DNA from: Candidatus Kuenenbacteria bacterium
Lineage (GTDB): Bacteria; Patescibacteriota; Patescibacteriia; UBA11705; JABHMO01
Direction: 5' to 3'
NCBI GenBank assembly: GCA_013202715.1
Contig: JABMRF010000007.1
Location: 8,566-72,565 of the forward strand
DNA: 64,000 nt
The notes under the pieces are model-generated. The model was not told the origin of the DNA and ran no database searches. It saw only the letters and a list, made by a program, of their open reading frames with translations. Shown piece by piece: positions 46,516 through 56,394 of the stretch. Numbering within the stretch: position 1 is the first letter of the stretch; each line of letters begins with the position of its first letter. Position numbers and translations under genes: made by a program.

Positions 46516-47775
46516 ATGAGGATTAAGAAGATTTTTGCCAGAGAAATTTTAGATTCTCGTGGCAACCCAACAGTGCAAGCAACCGTGGAATTAGTTAATG
46601 GAATAATGGCAACTGCTTCAGTTCCGTCAGGTGCGTCAACAGGAATTCATGAAGCATTGGAGTTGAGAGATGGAAATAAAAAAAGGTATGGTGGAAAAGG
46701 TGTTTTGAAGGCAATAAACAATGTCAATAATAAAATTGCCCCAAAATTGAAAGGCATGAACGTTACTCAACAAGAAAAGATTGATCAATTTATGCTTGAT
46801 CTTGATGGCACACCAAACAAAGCCAAATTTGGAGCTAATGCGATATTGTCCGTTTCTTTGGCTTGTGCCAGAGCTGGAGCTCTCACCTCAAAAATGCCGC
46901 TGTATAAATATATTCGAAAAACCTACAAGCTCCGAGAAAAAGGTTGGAAGATGCCTTTGCCCACCATGAATATTATTAACGGAGGAAAACACGCTGATAA
47001 TTCAGTTACTGTTCAGGAGTTTATGGTTGTGCCAAAAGCCAGGACAATCGCCAAGCGTGTGCGAATTGGAACTGAAATTTTTCACGCTTTGGAAGAGTTG
47101 TTACAGGTTGCTGGCTATCAAACTTTAGTTGGTGACGAGGGTGGATTTGCGCCAAATCTGAAATCCAATGAGGAAGCCTTTGAATTCATTATAAAAGCGA
47201 TAAAAAAGGCAGGTTATAAGCCAGGCAAAGATGCGTTTTTAGCATCAGATTTAGCATTGTCAGAATATTTCGATAAAAAATCCGGTAAGTACTCGCTCAA
47301 TGACAAAACAGGGAAAAAGAAAGTTACTGCAGATGAAGTTATCAAAACGTTAGACAAGTGGGTGAAAAAATATCCGATCATTTCCCTTGAAGATCCATTG
47401 GACGAAGATGACTGGCTGAACTGGATGAAGGCTACCGGATTTCTGGGCTCTGGGGTTACTTTGATTGGCGATGATTTGTTTGTAACTAATGTGGAGCGAT
47501 TGCAAAAGGGAATTGATATGGGAGTTGGTAATGGAATCTTGATTAAACTAAATCAGATCGGAAGTTTGACTGAAACTATTGCTGCGATTTATTTAGCAAA
47601 GAAAAATAAATATAAAGTAAGTATTTCTCATCGCTCTGGAGAAACCAGTGATACCTTTATCGCAGACCTCGCTGTTGCTGTAAATGCCGACTTTATAAAG
47701 ACCGGTTCTCTGTCTCGCTCTGAGAGAGTAGCAAAGTATAATCGGCTAATGTCAATAGAGGAGGATTTGAAGTAA
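46516..47775 (+). CDS. eno: enolase
   Basis: DSRGNPTV, PSGASTG, GDEGG, SHRSGET, RSER. Confidence 0.98.
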   Translation: MRIKKIFAREILDSRGNPTVQATVELVNGIMATASVPSGASTGIHEALELRDGNKKRYGGKGVLKAINNVNNKIAPKLKGMNVTQQEKIDQFMLDLDGTPNKAKFGANAILSVSLACARAGALTSKMPLYKYIRKTYKLREKGWKMPLPTMNIINGGKHADNSVTVQEFMVVPKARTIAKRVRIGTEIFHALEELLQVAGYQTLVGDEGGFAPNLKSNEEAFEFIIKAIKKAGYKPGKDAFLASDLALSEYFDKKSGKYSLNDKTGKKKVTADEVIKTLDKWVKKYPIISLEDPLDEDDWLNWMKATGFLGSGVTLIGDDLFVTNVERLQKGIDMGVGNGILIKLNQIGSLTETIAAIYLAKKNKYKVSISHRSGETSDTFIADLAVAVNADFIKTGSLSRSERVAKYNRLMSIEEDLK

Positions 47776-47791
47776 GTTGTTACATTGTTTT

Positions 47792-49336
47792 ATGAATCCA
47801 ATAGTTTTATTAATCCTAGACGGGTGGGGAATTGCACCCAAAAGTAAAGGAAATGCAATTGAATTGGCAAAAAAGCCGAACTTTGATTTGCTTTGGAAAA
47901 AATATCCTCATGCACTATTAAATGCACACGGATTAAATGTTGGTTTGCCAAAATATTATGTTGGAAATTCTGAGGCCGGGCATATTAATATTGGCGCCGG
48001 CAGGATTGTTAAGGATGATGCAGTTGAAATTTCTGAAGATATTTTAAATGGGAAGTTCAAGAAAAACTTGGCTCTAGTTCAAACAATTGAATCAGTAGCA
48101 AAAAACAAGTCAGCTTTGCATTTGATGGGAATGGTTTCGGACGGAGAAAGTCCTCATTCCTCACTGGATCATTTATATTCATTAGTTGATTTGGCATATA
48201 ATAAAGGACTTAGAAAAATTTACTTACATTTATTTACGGACGGGAGAGATGCTCCTCAATTTCACGCGCTTAAAATTGTGGATGAGGTTTTGAAAAATGT
48301 TTATGGAAAAGCTGTGATTGTCAGTTTAATCGGTCGATATTATGCCATGGATCGTGGAAAAAACTGGAAGCGAACTCAAAAGGCATATGAATGCATGGCG
48401 AGTGGCAAAGGCGTATTTTTTCGAGATTATCGAGATGCGATTATTCATTCATACAATAAAAAAGTAACTGATGAATTTATTGAGCCGTCAATTATTGGAA
48501 AAGATAAAAAGCAGGCGACTGAAGCTAGAATAAAAGACGGTGACGGCGTAATATTTTTTAACGCTCGATCTGATCGCGCGCGTCAACTTGCAAAATGTTT
48601 TGTACAAAAAGAGTTTAATAAGTTAAATCCTGGTGCGTTTAAACGAAGCAAAGTTTACAATAAGTTATCGTTTTGCGCTTTAACAGATTTCGGCCCGGAC
48701 TTGGACCATATTCTTACTGCTTATCCTTCGGCCGATCTTGATTTTACATTACCAAAAGTTCTGAAGGACACGAAACAGCTCTATCTCGCAGAAACGGAAA
48801 AATATGCTCATGTGACTTACTTTATGAATGGTGGAAGTGCGGATCCGGTTAATGGAGAAAAAAGAGTTCGAATTGATTCTCCTAGAGTAAAAAGTTATGC
48901 TCAAAAACCGGAAATGAGTGTTTATAAGATTACCAATACTTTGAAGCGCGCACTTGAGCAAAAGAAATATGATTTTGTCGCTGTAAATTTTGCAAATCCG
49001 GATATGCTGGGGCATACTGGAAATATAAAAGCAACTATTGATGCGATTCAGCACGTGGATAAATGTGTTAAAGAGTTGGCCGATTTGATCATAAAACAAA
49101 AAGGAACATTAATTATAACAGCAGATCATGGAAATGCTGAGAAAATGATTAATCTCGAGAATAATGAGATATGGACCGGCCACACAACAAATCCTGTACC
49201 CTTTGTTTTGGTTGCCGATGAATTCAAGGGGGCAAGATTGAAAACTGGTGTCCTCGGAGATATTGCGCCGACAATTTATCAAATACTAAACATGAAAAAA
49301 TTACCTAAAAAAATAAATAAAGGATTAATTAAATAA
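47792..49336 (+). CDS. gpmI: 2,3-BPG-independent phosphoglycerate mutase, copy 1
   Basis: LDGWG, GNSEAGH, DGRD, AETEKYAHVT, ADHGN. Confidence 0.95.
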   Translation: MNPIVLLILDGWGIAPKSKGNAIELAKKPNFDLLWKKYPHALLNAHGLNVGLPKYYVGNSEAGHINIGAGRIVKDDAVEISEDILNGKFKKNLALVQTIESVAKNKSALHLMGMVSDGESPHSSLDHLYSLVDLAYNKGLRKIYLHLFTDGRDAPQFHALKIVDEVLKNVYGKAVIVSLIGRYYAMDRGKNWKRTQKAYECMASGKGVFFRDYRDAIIHSYNKKVTDEFIEPSIIGKDKKQATEARIKDGDGVIFFNARSDRARQLAKCFVQKEFNKLNPGAFKRSKVYNKLSFCALTDFGPDLDHILTAYPSADLDFTLPKVLKDTKQLYLAETEKYAHVTYFMNGGSADPVNGEKRVRIDSPRVKSYAQKPEMSVYKITNTLKRALEQKKYDFVAVNFANPDMLGHTGNIKATIDAIQHVDKCVKELADLIIKQKGTLIITADHGNAEKMINLENNEIWTGHTTNPVPFVLVADEFKGARLKTGVLGDIAPTIYQILNMKKLPKKINKGLIK

Positions 49337-49337
49337 T

Positions 49338-50921
49338 ATGAAGTCAATACCAAAGCCAGTAGCATTAATTGTTTTGGACGGATGGGGCGTTGCTCCGGAG
49401 TCGGAAGGAAATGGAGTCACTCTAGCGAAAACTCCGAACTATGATAAGTATGTTTCCAGTTACCCGGCAATGACCTTGCTTGCGTCAGGTGAAGCCGTTG
49501 GTTTGTCTTGGGGTGAAATGGGGAATTCAGAAGTAGGTCATTTGAATCTGGGAGTTGGGAAAATATTTTATCAGAATTTACCGCGAATTGATAAAGCAAT
49601 TGAGGATAACAGTTTTTTTGAAAATGAAGTTTTGAAAAAAGCGATTGAGCATACCAAGAAACATAATTCAAAATTACACTTATTGGGTATAATTAGTCAA
49701 GGAAAGGTACATGGTGTGAATACTCACTGCTATGCACTGTTGGAATTGGCAAAAAAACAGGGAGTAAAAGACGTTTTTGTCCACGCGTTTCTAGACGGTC
49801 GAGATTCAAAGTTTGACAGCGGAAAAACTTTTATCAAGGAACTGGAAGAGAAAATAAAAGAAATTAAAGTTGGTGAAATTGCTTCTTTGCACGGACGGCT
49901 CTATGCAATGGATCGTGATAATCGTTGGGAGCGTGTTGAAAAAACATTTAAAGTTTTAGTTGAAGGCAAAAGTGAAGAATATGATAAAAATCCGGTTAGT
50001 TCGATTGAAAAGTCCTACAAGGACAAGGTTTACGATGAAGAATTTGTTCCGGTTGTGATTGGAAAGGAAGGTGCTCCTACCGCCGTAATTGAAGATAATG
50101 ACGCTGTGATTTGTTTCAATTACAGAGCTGATCGAGCCAGGCAATTAGCACATGCGTTTGTTCTAGATAAGTTTGATAAATTTGATCGTGGAGAAAAGAT
50201 AAAGAATCTATTTTTTGCATCAATGACTGAATATGAAAAAGGTTTACCTGTGGAAGTTATTTTTCCAAAAGAAGAAATTAAAACTTCACTACCGAAAGTA
50301 ATCAGTGAAAAAGGGTTTAAACAACTTCATATTGCTGAGACTGAAAAATATGCTCATATTACCTTCTTTTTTGCTGGTGGAGTGGAAGATCCATATGAAG
50401 GAGAAGATCGGATTGTGATTCCATCACCAAAAGTAGCTTCTTATGATGAAAAACCAGAAATGTCTGCGCGAAAAGTTACAGATGATTTGCTAAAAGAAAT
50501 ATTAAGTGAAAAACATGATTTCATTATTTTGAATTATGCTAATCCGGACATGGTCGGGCACACCGGACAAATTAAGGAAACGGTAAAATCCATTGAAACC
50601 ATTGATAAATACTTGGGGGAAGTTGTTGAAATGATTTTATCAAAAAACGGTTTGGCGATTATTGTTGCTGATCATGGAAATGCTGAGGAGCTGACAAATT
50701 TGCAGACCGGTGAAAAAGACAAAGAGCACAGTACGAATCCTGTTCCTTGTTTGATAATAGGAAAAGATTATGAAGGCAAAACAATTGAAGATGTTCAAAC
50801 GGTTGGTAATGATTTGAGTTTAGTTCAACCAACTGGATTGCTGTCCGATGTTGCGCCAACAATTTTGAAAATAATGGGAATTGATGCACCAGATGATATG
50901 ACCGGTCGACCTCTAATTTAA
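49338..50921 (+). CDS. gpmI: 2,3-BPG-independent phosphoglycerate mutase, copy 2
   Basis: LDGWG, GNSEVGH, DGRD, AETEKYAH, ADHGNAE. Confidence 0.95.
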   Translation: MKSIPKPVALIVLDGWGVAPESEGNGVTLAKTPNYDKYVSSYPAMTLLASGEAVGLSWGEMGNSEVGHLNLGVGKIFYQNLPRIDKAIEDNSFFENEVLKKAIEHTKKHNSKLHLLGIISQGKVHGVNTHCYALLELAKKQGVKDVFVHAFLDGRDSKFDSGKTFIKELEEKIKEIKVGEIASLHGRLYAMDRDNRWERVEKTFKVLVEGKSEEYDKNPVSSIEKSYKDKVYDEEFVPVVIGKEGAPTAVIEDNDAVICFNYRADRARQLAHAFVLDKFDKFDRGEKIKNLFFASMTEYEKGLPVEVIFPKEEIKTSLPKVISEKGFKQLHIAETEKYAHITFFFAGGVEDPYEGEDRIVIPSPKVASYDEKPEMSARKVTDDLLKEILSEKHDFIILNYANPDMVGHTGQIKETVKSIETIDKYLGEVVEMILSKNGLAIIVADHGNAEELTNLQTGEKDKEHSTNPVPCLIIGKDYEGKTIEDVQTVGNDLSLVQPTGLLSDVAPTILKIMGIDAPDDMTGRPLI

Positions 50922-50981
50922 TTATATTTAAAAAAAGAAAATTTCTCCACTGCAGGAGAAATTTTCTTGATTTGTGAATTG

Positions 50982-51410
50982 CTAAAAAATTAAAATATAC
51001 GATACTACAATTACTGCTCCGACTAAAGAACCAAAGAAAAGCTCCAGTGGTGTATGGCCCATTCGCTCTTTCAAGTGGGGGTATTTGTAGGATTCAGTTG
51101 ATTTGAGATTGTGAATCAGCTGGTTCAATTCCTGTGCATGCCTGCCTAATACCTGACGAAAACCACCAGCATCACGGATAACGATGATTCCCAGGATCAG
51201 GGCCAGGGCAGCTGCTGCCGAGTCCCATCCCTCAAAATAACCGGCCATTGCAAACAAGGCGGTCACTAACGCCGCATGAGACGATGGCATTCCTCCATAA
51301 CTGTTTAGGTCTTTCCAGGTAAACTGGCCTTTGATTCCGTTAATAATCAATTTAATAATCTGAGCAATGATCGCCGCGATGAGCGGGATTAAAATTAGTT
51401 GATAACTCAT
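50982..51410 (-). CDS. divergent PAP2 family membrane protein
   Basis: GGMPSSHAA, DA.G.R..LG.HA..LN, LKERMGHT. Confidence 0.88.
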   Translation of the reverse strand: MSYQLILIPLIAAIIAQIIKLIINGIKGQFTWKDLNSYGGMPSSHAALVTALFAMAGYFEGWDSAAAALALILGIIVIRDAGGFRQVLGRHAQELNQLIHNLKSTESYKYPHLKERMGHTPLELFFGSLVGAVIVVSYILIF

Positions 51411-51421
51411 ATTAAGAGCAG

Positions 51422-51531
51422 TTAAAAGGTAAAATGTCCCGCGTGACGGGATCCCGCTACGCGGGATAAAAGTTAAAAGTAATCGATTTATTGTCTTTGT
51501 ACTATTAACTTTGAACTTTGAGCTTTTAACT
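51422..51531. repeat. inverted 7-mer repeat hairpin (taaaag / ctttt) with nested GC-rich mini-hairpin
   Basis: ttaaaaggtaaaatg[tcccgcgtgacgggatcccgctacgcggga]taaaagttaaaagt ... actttgaactttgagcttttaact. Confidence 0.7.
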
Positions 51532-51536
51532 AATGT

Positions 51537-52349
51537 ATGTTATATATTTATTCGTTAATTCTTGGAATTGTCCAGGGCATAACTGAGTTTGTACCAGTTT
51601 CAAGTTCTGGGCATCTTGTAGTTCTTCACGACATTATTAATTTCAATGTCGTGGATAGCCTGGCTTTTGATGTTGCGCTTCATTTAGGTACTGTTCTCGC
51701 TGTGATTATCTTTTTTAGAATTGAGATACTTCGTTATATTGTTGCGATTTTGGAAATATTTATTCCAAAGCGAAAAGTTAATCGCCAGGATTTGAGTGAA
51801 GTCCTTTTGATAATTTACGCTACAATCCCGGCGGCCATAATTGGTTTTTTGTTTGAAGATGCAATCAAGAAATTGTTTAGAAATACAATCACTGTGATTA
51901 TTACGTTGGTACTCGGGGCTATGTTATTTTTCTTGGTTGAAAAATATGCAAAGCATTATAAAAATTTTTCCGGGATGGGGATTGGCAGAGCACTTTATAT
52001 TGGTTTGGCGCAAGCTCTAGCTTTGATCCCAGGAGTTTCCCGATCCGGCATAACCATTGTAGCAGGAATGAGTGTAAAATTAAAGCGCAGTGAAGCAGCT
52101 CGTTTCTCTTTTTTACTTAGCGCCCCGATCATCCTTGGTGCAGGTGTTCTTAAATTAAGGGAAATTGAGTGGTCTCTTTTGCCCGCGGAAGAAATTGGAA
52201 TGTTTATAATTGGATTCATTAGCTCATTTATTGTTGGATTTTTTGTTATTAAATATTTTCTTAAATTTTTACAGCATCACAATTTGAATGTGTTTGGGTG
52301 GTATCGAATTGGACTTGCTCTTCTCTTATCTGCCTGGTTGATTTTTTAA
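51537..52349 (+). CDS. uppP: undecaprenyl-diphosphate phosphatase
   Basis: QGITEFVPVSSSGHL, HLGT, PGVSRSG. Confidence 0.96.
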   Translation: MLYIYSLILGIVQGITEFVPVSSSGHLVVLHDIINFNVVDSLAFDVALHLGTVLAVIIFFRIEILRYIVAILEIFIPKRKVNRQDLSEVLLIIYATIPAAIIGFLFEDAIKKLFRNTITVIITLVLGAMLFFLVEKYAKHYKNFSGMGIGRALYIGLAQALALIPGVSRSGITIVAGMSVKLKRSEAARFSFLLSAPIILGAGVLKLREIEWSLLPAEEIGMFIIGFISSFIVGFFVIKYFLKFLQHHNLNVFGWYRIGLALLLSAWLIF

Positions 52350-52374
52350 GTAAAATGAGTTAAGGTTCATACAT

Positions 52375-53460
52375 ATGAAAATTATCATTCTCGCTGGTGG
52401 TGGCGGTACTCGCCTGTGGCCACTAAGCCGAGAAAAAAAACCAAAACAATTTTGTCAGATCGTTGGAGAAAAAACCATGTTTGAGCAAACCGTAGAGCGG
52501 TTTTTGCAGGATTTTGATATCAAAGATATATATGTTTGCCTGAATAAAGATCTTGCTCAAACAGCGCAAAGTTTAATGCCAAGTATTCTTCAGGAAAATT
52601 ACATTATTGAACCGGAAAAAAGAGACACCGCACCGGCTATGGGATTGATCGCTGCAAAATTGTACCTTGATTTCCCGGATGAGCCTATTGCCTATATTCC
52701 ATCTGATCATTCTATTACTGATGTTGATAAGTTTATAAGGATGATAAAAAGGGCCGATGAACTAATTTGGCAAACTGGTAAAATGTTTGACATCGCAATT
52801 CACCCAACATTTCCAAGTACAGTTCTTGGTTATACCAGGATCGGGAAGAAGACTGAGCTCAGCAGTAATGGAATTCAAATCTTTGAATTTAAAGGCCATA
52901 CCGAAAAACCTGAATTTGAGATTGCGAAACAGTATTTAGAAGATGGCGATTGTTTATGGCATGCGAATTATTACATGTGGACACCGCGAAAGATTCTCGA
53001 AGCATTCAAAGATTACAGCCCAGGTCACTATGTTTATCTGGAGCAAATAGTAGAAGCTCTTGGAGCGCAGGATTCTGAAAAGGCAAATTGGGCTTTTTCG
53101 CAAATGGAAAAAACATCTTTTGATTACGCTATCACTGAAAAGATCAGCCCGGAAAATGTTTTGATTATAAAAGGCGATTTTGGCTGGAGCGATGTTGGCG
53201 CATTTGATGTCTTGTATGAAGCGCAAAAATCAAAAGGTGACAAAAATGGCAATGTTGTAAAAGGAAATTATATTTCAAAGGACAGTGCGAATAATTTAAT
53301 TTATGGAAAAGCGAATAAACTAATTGCTGGAATTGAAATTGAAGATTTGATTATAATCGATACAGATGATGTGCTTCTTGTTTGTCCAAAATCCAAAGCG
53401 CAAAAGGTCAAAAAAATAGTTGAGAAATTAAAAGAACAGAATAAGTTAGAGTATTTATAA
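52375..53460 (+). CDS. mannose-1-phosphate guanylyltransferase family
   Basis: LAGGGGTRLWPLSR..KPKQF, EPEKRDTAPA, PSDH, SFDYA, WSDVG. Confidence 0.92.
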   Translation: MKIIILAGGGGTRLWPLSREKKPKQFCQIVGEKTMFEQTVERFLQDFDIKDIYVCLNKDLAQTAQSLMPSILQENYIIEPEKRDTAPAMGLIAAKLYLDFPDEPIAYIPSDHSITDVDKFIRMIKRADELIWQTGKMFDIAIHPTFPSTVLGYTRIGKKTELSSNGIQIFEFKGHTEKPEFEIAKQYLEDGDCLWHANYYMWTPRKILEAFKDYSPGHYVYLEQIVEALGAQDSEKANWAFSQMEKTSFDYAITEKISPENVLIIKGDFGWSDVGAFDVLYEAQKSKGDKNGNVVKGNYISKDSANNLIYGKANKLIAGIEIEDLIIIDTDDVLLVCPKSKAQKVKKIVEKLKEQNKLEYL

Positions 53461-53461
53461 A

Positions 53462-54094
53462 ATGGAAGAGTTTCTTACAAATATCTATCATTACATTAAC
53501 TATTTGCCCCTAAAGGGCTATGGTGTAATATTTTTATTTTCGTTTCTAGAAGCTTTTGCTTTCGTCGGAATTTTATTTCCCGGAACAATAATTATTGTTT
53601 TGATTGGTCTTTTGTCATATCTTGGTCACTTTAATATTGCTTTAGCCTTTGCCGCAGCCGTACTTGGCGCCCTGGCGGGTGACTTGGGCAGTTATTATTT
53701 GGGCAAGAAAAAAGGACTTGATTTGAAATTAGGAGACAAAGGAATATTCAAATTTCTATACATGCCTGAAGCCGGAGAGTTCTTGCTTGAAGGCGGCGGA
53801 ATAAGTATTATTACTGGTAGATTTATTGGTCCTACGCGAGCATTTGTTCCGTTTTATATGGGCGCAGCAGGTGAAAAAGAAAAAAAGTTTATTATTTACG
53901 ATGTGGTTGGCGTTCTTGTTTGGGCAGCTTTTTATTTAATGCTTGGATATGTTTTCGGTAATTCGTATGAATTTGTAAAACAATTTATCAGTGGTTTGCA
54001 GTTTTTTGTAATTCTTTTTATAGTTCTTACTGTTGGATCCTTGGTTTTAACAAAATTATTTAAAAAGAAGTTACCAGATTCAGGTAAAAAGTAA
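53462..54094 (+). CDS. DedA family membrane protein
   Basis: FLE..VGILFPG, GD..SYYLG, GRFIGPTR. Confidence 0.92.
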   Translation: MEEFLTNIYHYINYLPLKGYGVIFLFSFLEAFAFVGILFPGTIIIVLIGLLSYLGHFNIALAFAAAVLGALAGDLGSYYLGKKKGLDLKLGDKGIFKFLYMPEAGEFLLEGGGISIITGRFIGPTRAFVPFYMGAAGEKEKKFIIYDVVGVLVWAAFYLMLGYVFGNSYEFVKQFISGLQFFVILFIVLTVGSLVLTKLFKKKLPDSGKK

Positions 54095-54161
54095 ATTGTT
54101 ATACTGTTGTATTGTTATATTGTTCAAAAACAGTATAGCAGTATGGCAATATAACAGTATA
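54094..54161. repeat. inverted 8-mer repeat hairpin, same family as 25305
   Basis: attgttatactgttgtattgttatattgtt ... aacagtatagcagtatggcaatataacagtat. Confidence 0.8.
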
Positions 54162-54166
54162 ATCCG

Positions 54167-55162
54167 ATGAAAAAGTATTTAATTGTAGTAATTTTAATTA
54201 TAATAATATTTGCGTTCTATTTTGCAAATCAGATTTATAATTTTAATGACAATCAGTTTGGAGATAAGGTTTTTGTAATTGAAAAAGGTCAGAGTGTTGA
54301 GCAGATTGCAAAAAACTTGCAGGAGCAGGGAATTATTAAAAGCTCTTTTTGGTTCAAAGTTTATGTTTTTTCTACTGGCAACAAAGCCAAATTTGTTGAC
54401 GGTGAATTTAGTTTACGCACGGATACAAATTTGAAAACGATTGCCCATGAATTATTAACCCAAAGAGAGACAAATGAAGAGGTTGATATAACATTACTGG
54501 AAGGATGGACCATCGAACAGATGGATGAATACTTAGCCGTAAAATTATTGATCGAGCAGGGGGACCTCATTGATTACACAAAGAAATTTAACGATAAAAG
54601 TTGGTTTTTCTTAATTGATAGACCGAAAAAGGCCAGCCTGGAGGGATATCTTTATCCAGATACGTATCGAGTATACCAGCAAACAACGCCGGAGCAGATT
54701 GTAAAAAAAATGTTGGATAATCTGGAGACAAAATTAACTGAAGAATTGAGAGCGCAGATAAAGGCACAGGACATGTCCGTCTTTGAGATAATTACCCTGG
54801 CCAGCATTGTTGAGCGAGAAATGTTTGGCTATGAAAATCGTCGTGTTGTCGCAGAAATATTTTTGAAAAGACTAAAGATAGGAATGGCCTTACAATCGGA
54901 TGCAACTGTTAATTATGTAACTAGAAAGGGGATTGCCGCCCCCAGTCATGATGATATTCGAGTTGATAATCTATATAATACATACATGTATCCAGGCCTG
55001 CCGCCAGGTCCAATTTCAAATCCAAGTATTGAGTCGATCAGAGCTGTATTAAATCCAACAAAAACAGATTACTGGTATTTCCTGAATACACCTGAAGGCG
55101 ATATCATTTTTAGCAAAGACCATGATGAGCACGTAGCAAATAAATTTAAATACTTAAAATAG
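54167..55162 (+). CDS. mltG: endolytic transglycosylase MltG
   Basis: LEGYLYPDTY, ASIVERE, LQSDATV, YNTY..PGLPPGPI. Confidence 0.95.
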   Translation: MKKYLIVVILIIIIFAFYFANQIYNFNDNQFGDKVFVIEKGQSVEQIAKNLQEQGIIKSSFWFKVYVFSTGNKAKFVDGEFSLRTDTNLKTIAHELLTQRETNEEVDITLLEGWTIEQMDEYLAVKLLIEQGDLIDYTKKFNDKSWFFLIDRPKKASLEGYLYPDTYRVYQQTTPEQIVKKMLDNLETKLTEELRAQIKAQDMSVFEIITLASIVEREMFGYENRRVVAEIFLKRLKIGMALQSDATVNYVTRKGIAAPSHDDIRVDNLYNTYMYPGLPPGPISNPSIESIRAVLNPTKTDYWYFLNTPEGDIIFSKDHDEHVANKFKYLK

Positions 55163-55228
55163 TCTTGAGTCAAAATTCAGAAGTCTTGAGTTGTTAACTC
55201 CAGACTTTTGACCCTAGACTTTTGACTG
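55161..55228. repeat. inverted 7-mer repeat hairpin (agtc / gact)
   Basis: agtcttgagtcaaaattcagaagtcttgagtt-gtt-aactccagacttttgaccctagacttttgact. Confidence 0.75.
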
Positions 55229-55237
55229 GTAGTAAAT

Positions 55238-55813
55238 ATGTTAGACAAGAAATTTTGGAAAAAAACATTGGAAGACCAAAGTGAATATGATATTTCACGA
55301 CGGAAAATTATTAGTGAAGCTTCTGGTGCTCAGCATTTGGCGAAGCAGGCTATCTTTGCATTGCAAAGAGATGATAAACAAGAGGCAGAAGAAAAAATCG
55401 CTGTAGCAAAAGAAGGCTTGATAAGTTTAGAAAAAAGATTTGGTAAGGATGGGAAACTTAGAACTGAGGGCGTGTGGAAAGCGGCCGTGGAAGAGTTTGT
55501 GGAAGCAAAGTTGTTCATGGATTTTATTAAAAAAAAGGATATTCAAGGCATTGAAGAGTTTTTTGTTTTGCCGGATGAGTATATCGGGGGATTATCCGAT
55601 GTTACAGGCGAAATCCTGAGAATGATGGTGCTTTGGACTACAAAAGGCAACATTGAAGAAGTTAAAAATTCAGCGGAAGTGATCAGTGAAATAATTCATG
55701 AGTTGATGCAGTACAATTATGGCGGATATTTGCGCACAAAGTTTGATCAGGCAAAAAGATCTCTTCAAAAAGCAGAACAAATTCTTTACGATCTTAGTAT
55801 TCGGAAAAAATAG
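55238..55813 (+). CDS. translin/TRAX-family protein
   Basis: AVEEFVEA, EYIGGLSDVTGEILR, LRTKFD patterns. Confidence 0.82.
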   Translation: MLDKKFWKKTLEDQSEYDISRRKIISEASGAQHLAKQAIFALQRDDKQEAEEKIAVAKEGLISLEKRFGKDGKLRTEGVWKAAVEEFVEAKLFMDFIKKKDIQGIEEFFVLPDEYIGGLSDVTGEILRMMVLWTTKGNIEEVKNSAEVISEIIHELMQYNYGGYLRTKFDQAKRSLQKAEQILYDLSIRKK

Positions 55814-55825
55814 TATATTTAATTT

Positions 55826-56326
55826 ATGAAACATTCTTCAGAAAAAACAAAACGTGAGCAGGAGTATGCCCAAATGAATCGGGAGTATGTTGAGGATAAA
55901 CGTAGTCAGCTGAAAGATTTAAACCCAAAAGAGAAAGGCGGTAAAAAAGGTATTTTGGGAAAAAGAAGTACGAGGATGTATTGTTGTTTGTTTATAGTTT
56001 TAATTGTTGCTGTTGCTGCTTACATTATTTATTTTTTTGTGATGGACGTTAAGTATAATGTATATAAAGATAAAAAAGAACAGGTCGAAGAAGCTCTGCC
56101 TCAAGCGAAACAGGAAGTGAAAACCGGAATTGAACAAGGCGAGCAACTTTACAATGATACAAAAGAAAATATTGAAGACATTCAAGAAAAATACAACAAA
56201 GCAAAGGACACAATTGAAGATGTGGAAGAAAAATATGATCAGGTGAAAGGAACAATTGAGGACGTTGAGAATAAATATGATCAGGCAAAGGAAGCTTTTG
56301 AAGATGTCAAAGATTTGGTAAATTAA
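55826..56326 (+). CDS. single-TM protein with 14-aa helical repeats
   Basis: TM then K.NIEDIQEKYNKA/KDTIEDVEEKYDQV/KGTIEDVENKYDQA. Confidence 0.75.
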   Translation: MKHSSEKTKREQEYAQMNREYVEDKRSQLKDLNPKEKGGKKGILGKRSTRMYCCLFIVLIVAVAAYIIYFFVMDVKYNVYKDKKEQVEEALPQAKQEVKTGIEQGEQLYNDTKENIEDIQEKYNKAKDTIEDVEEKYDQVKGTIEDVENKYDQAKEAFEDVKDLVN

Positions 56327-56394
56327 AAATTTTGCAAATCCCGCCGTTGCCGGGATAAATAAAAAACAGAGGCTTGAATGGCCTTTGTTTTAGT

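Noticed and set aside
3113-55228. CRISPR array interpretation of the many repeats
   Set aside because: Units are 7-10 nt, degenerate and contiguous, without unique spacers; no cas genes are seen.
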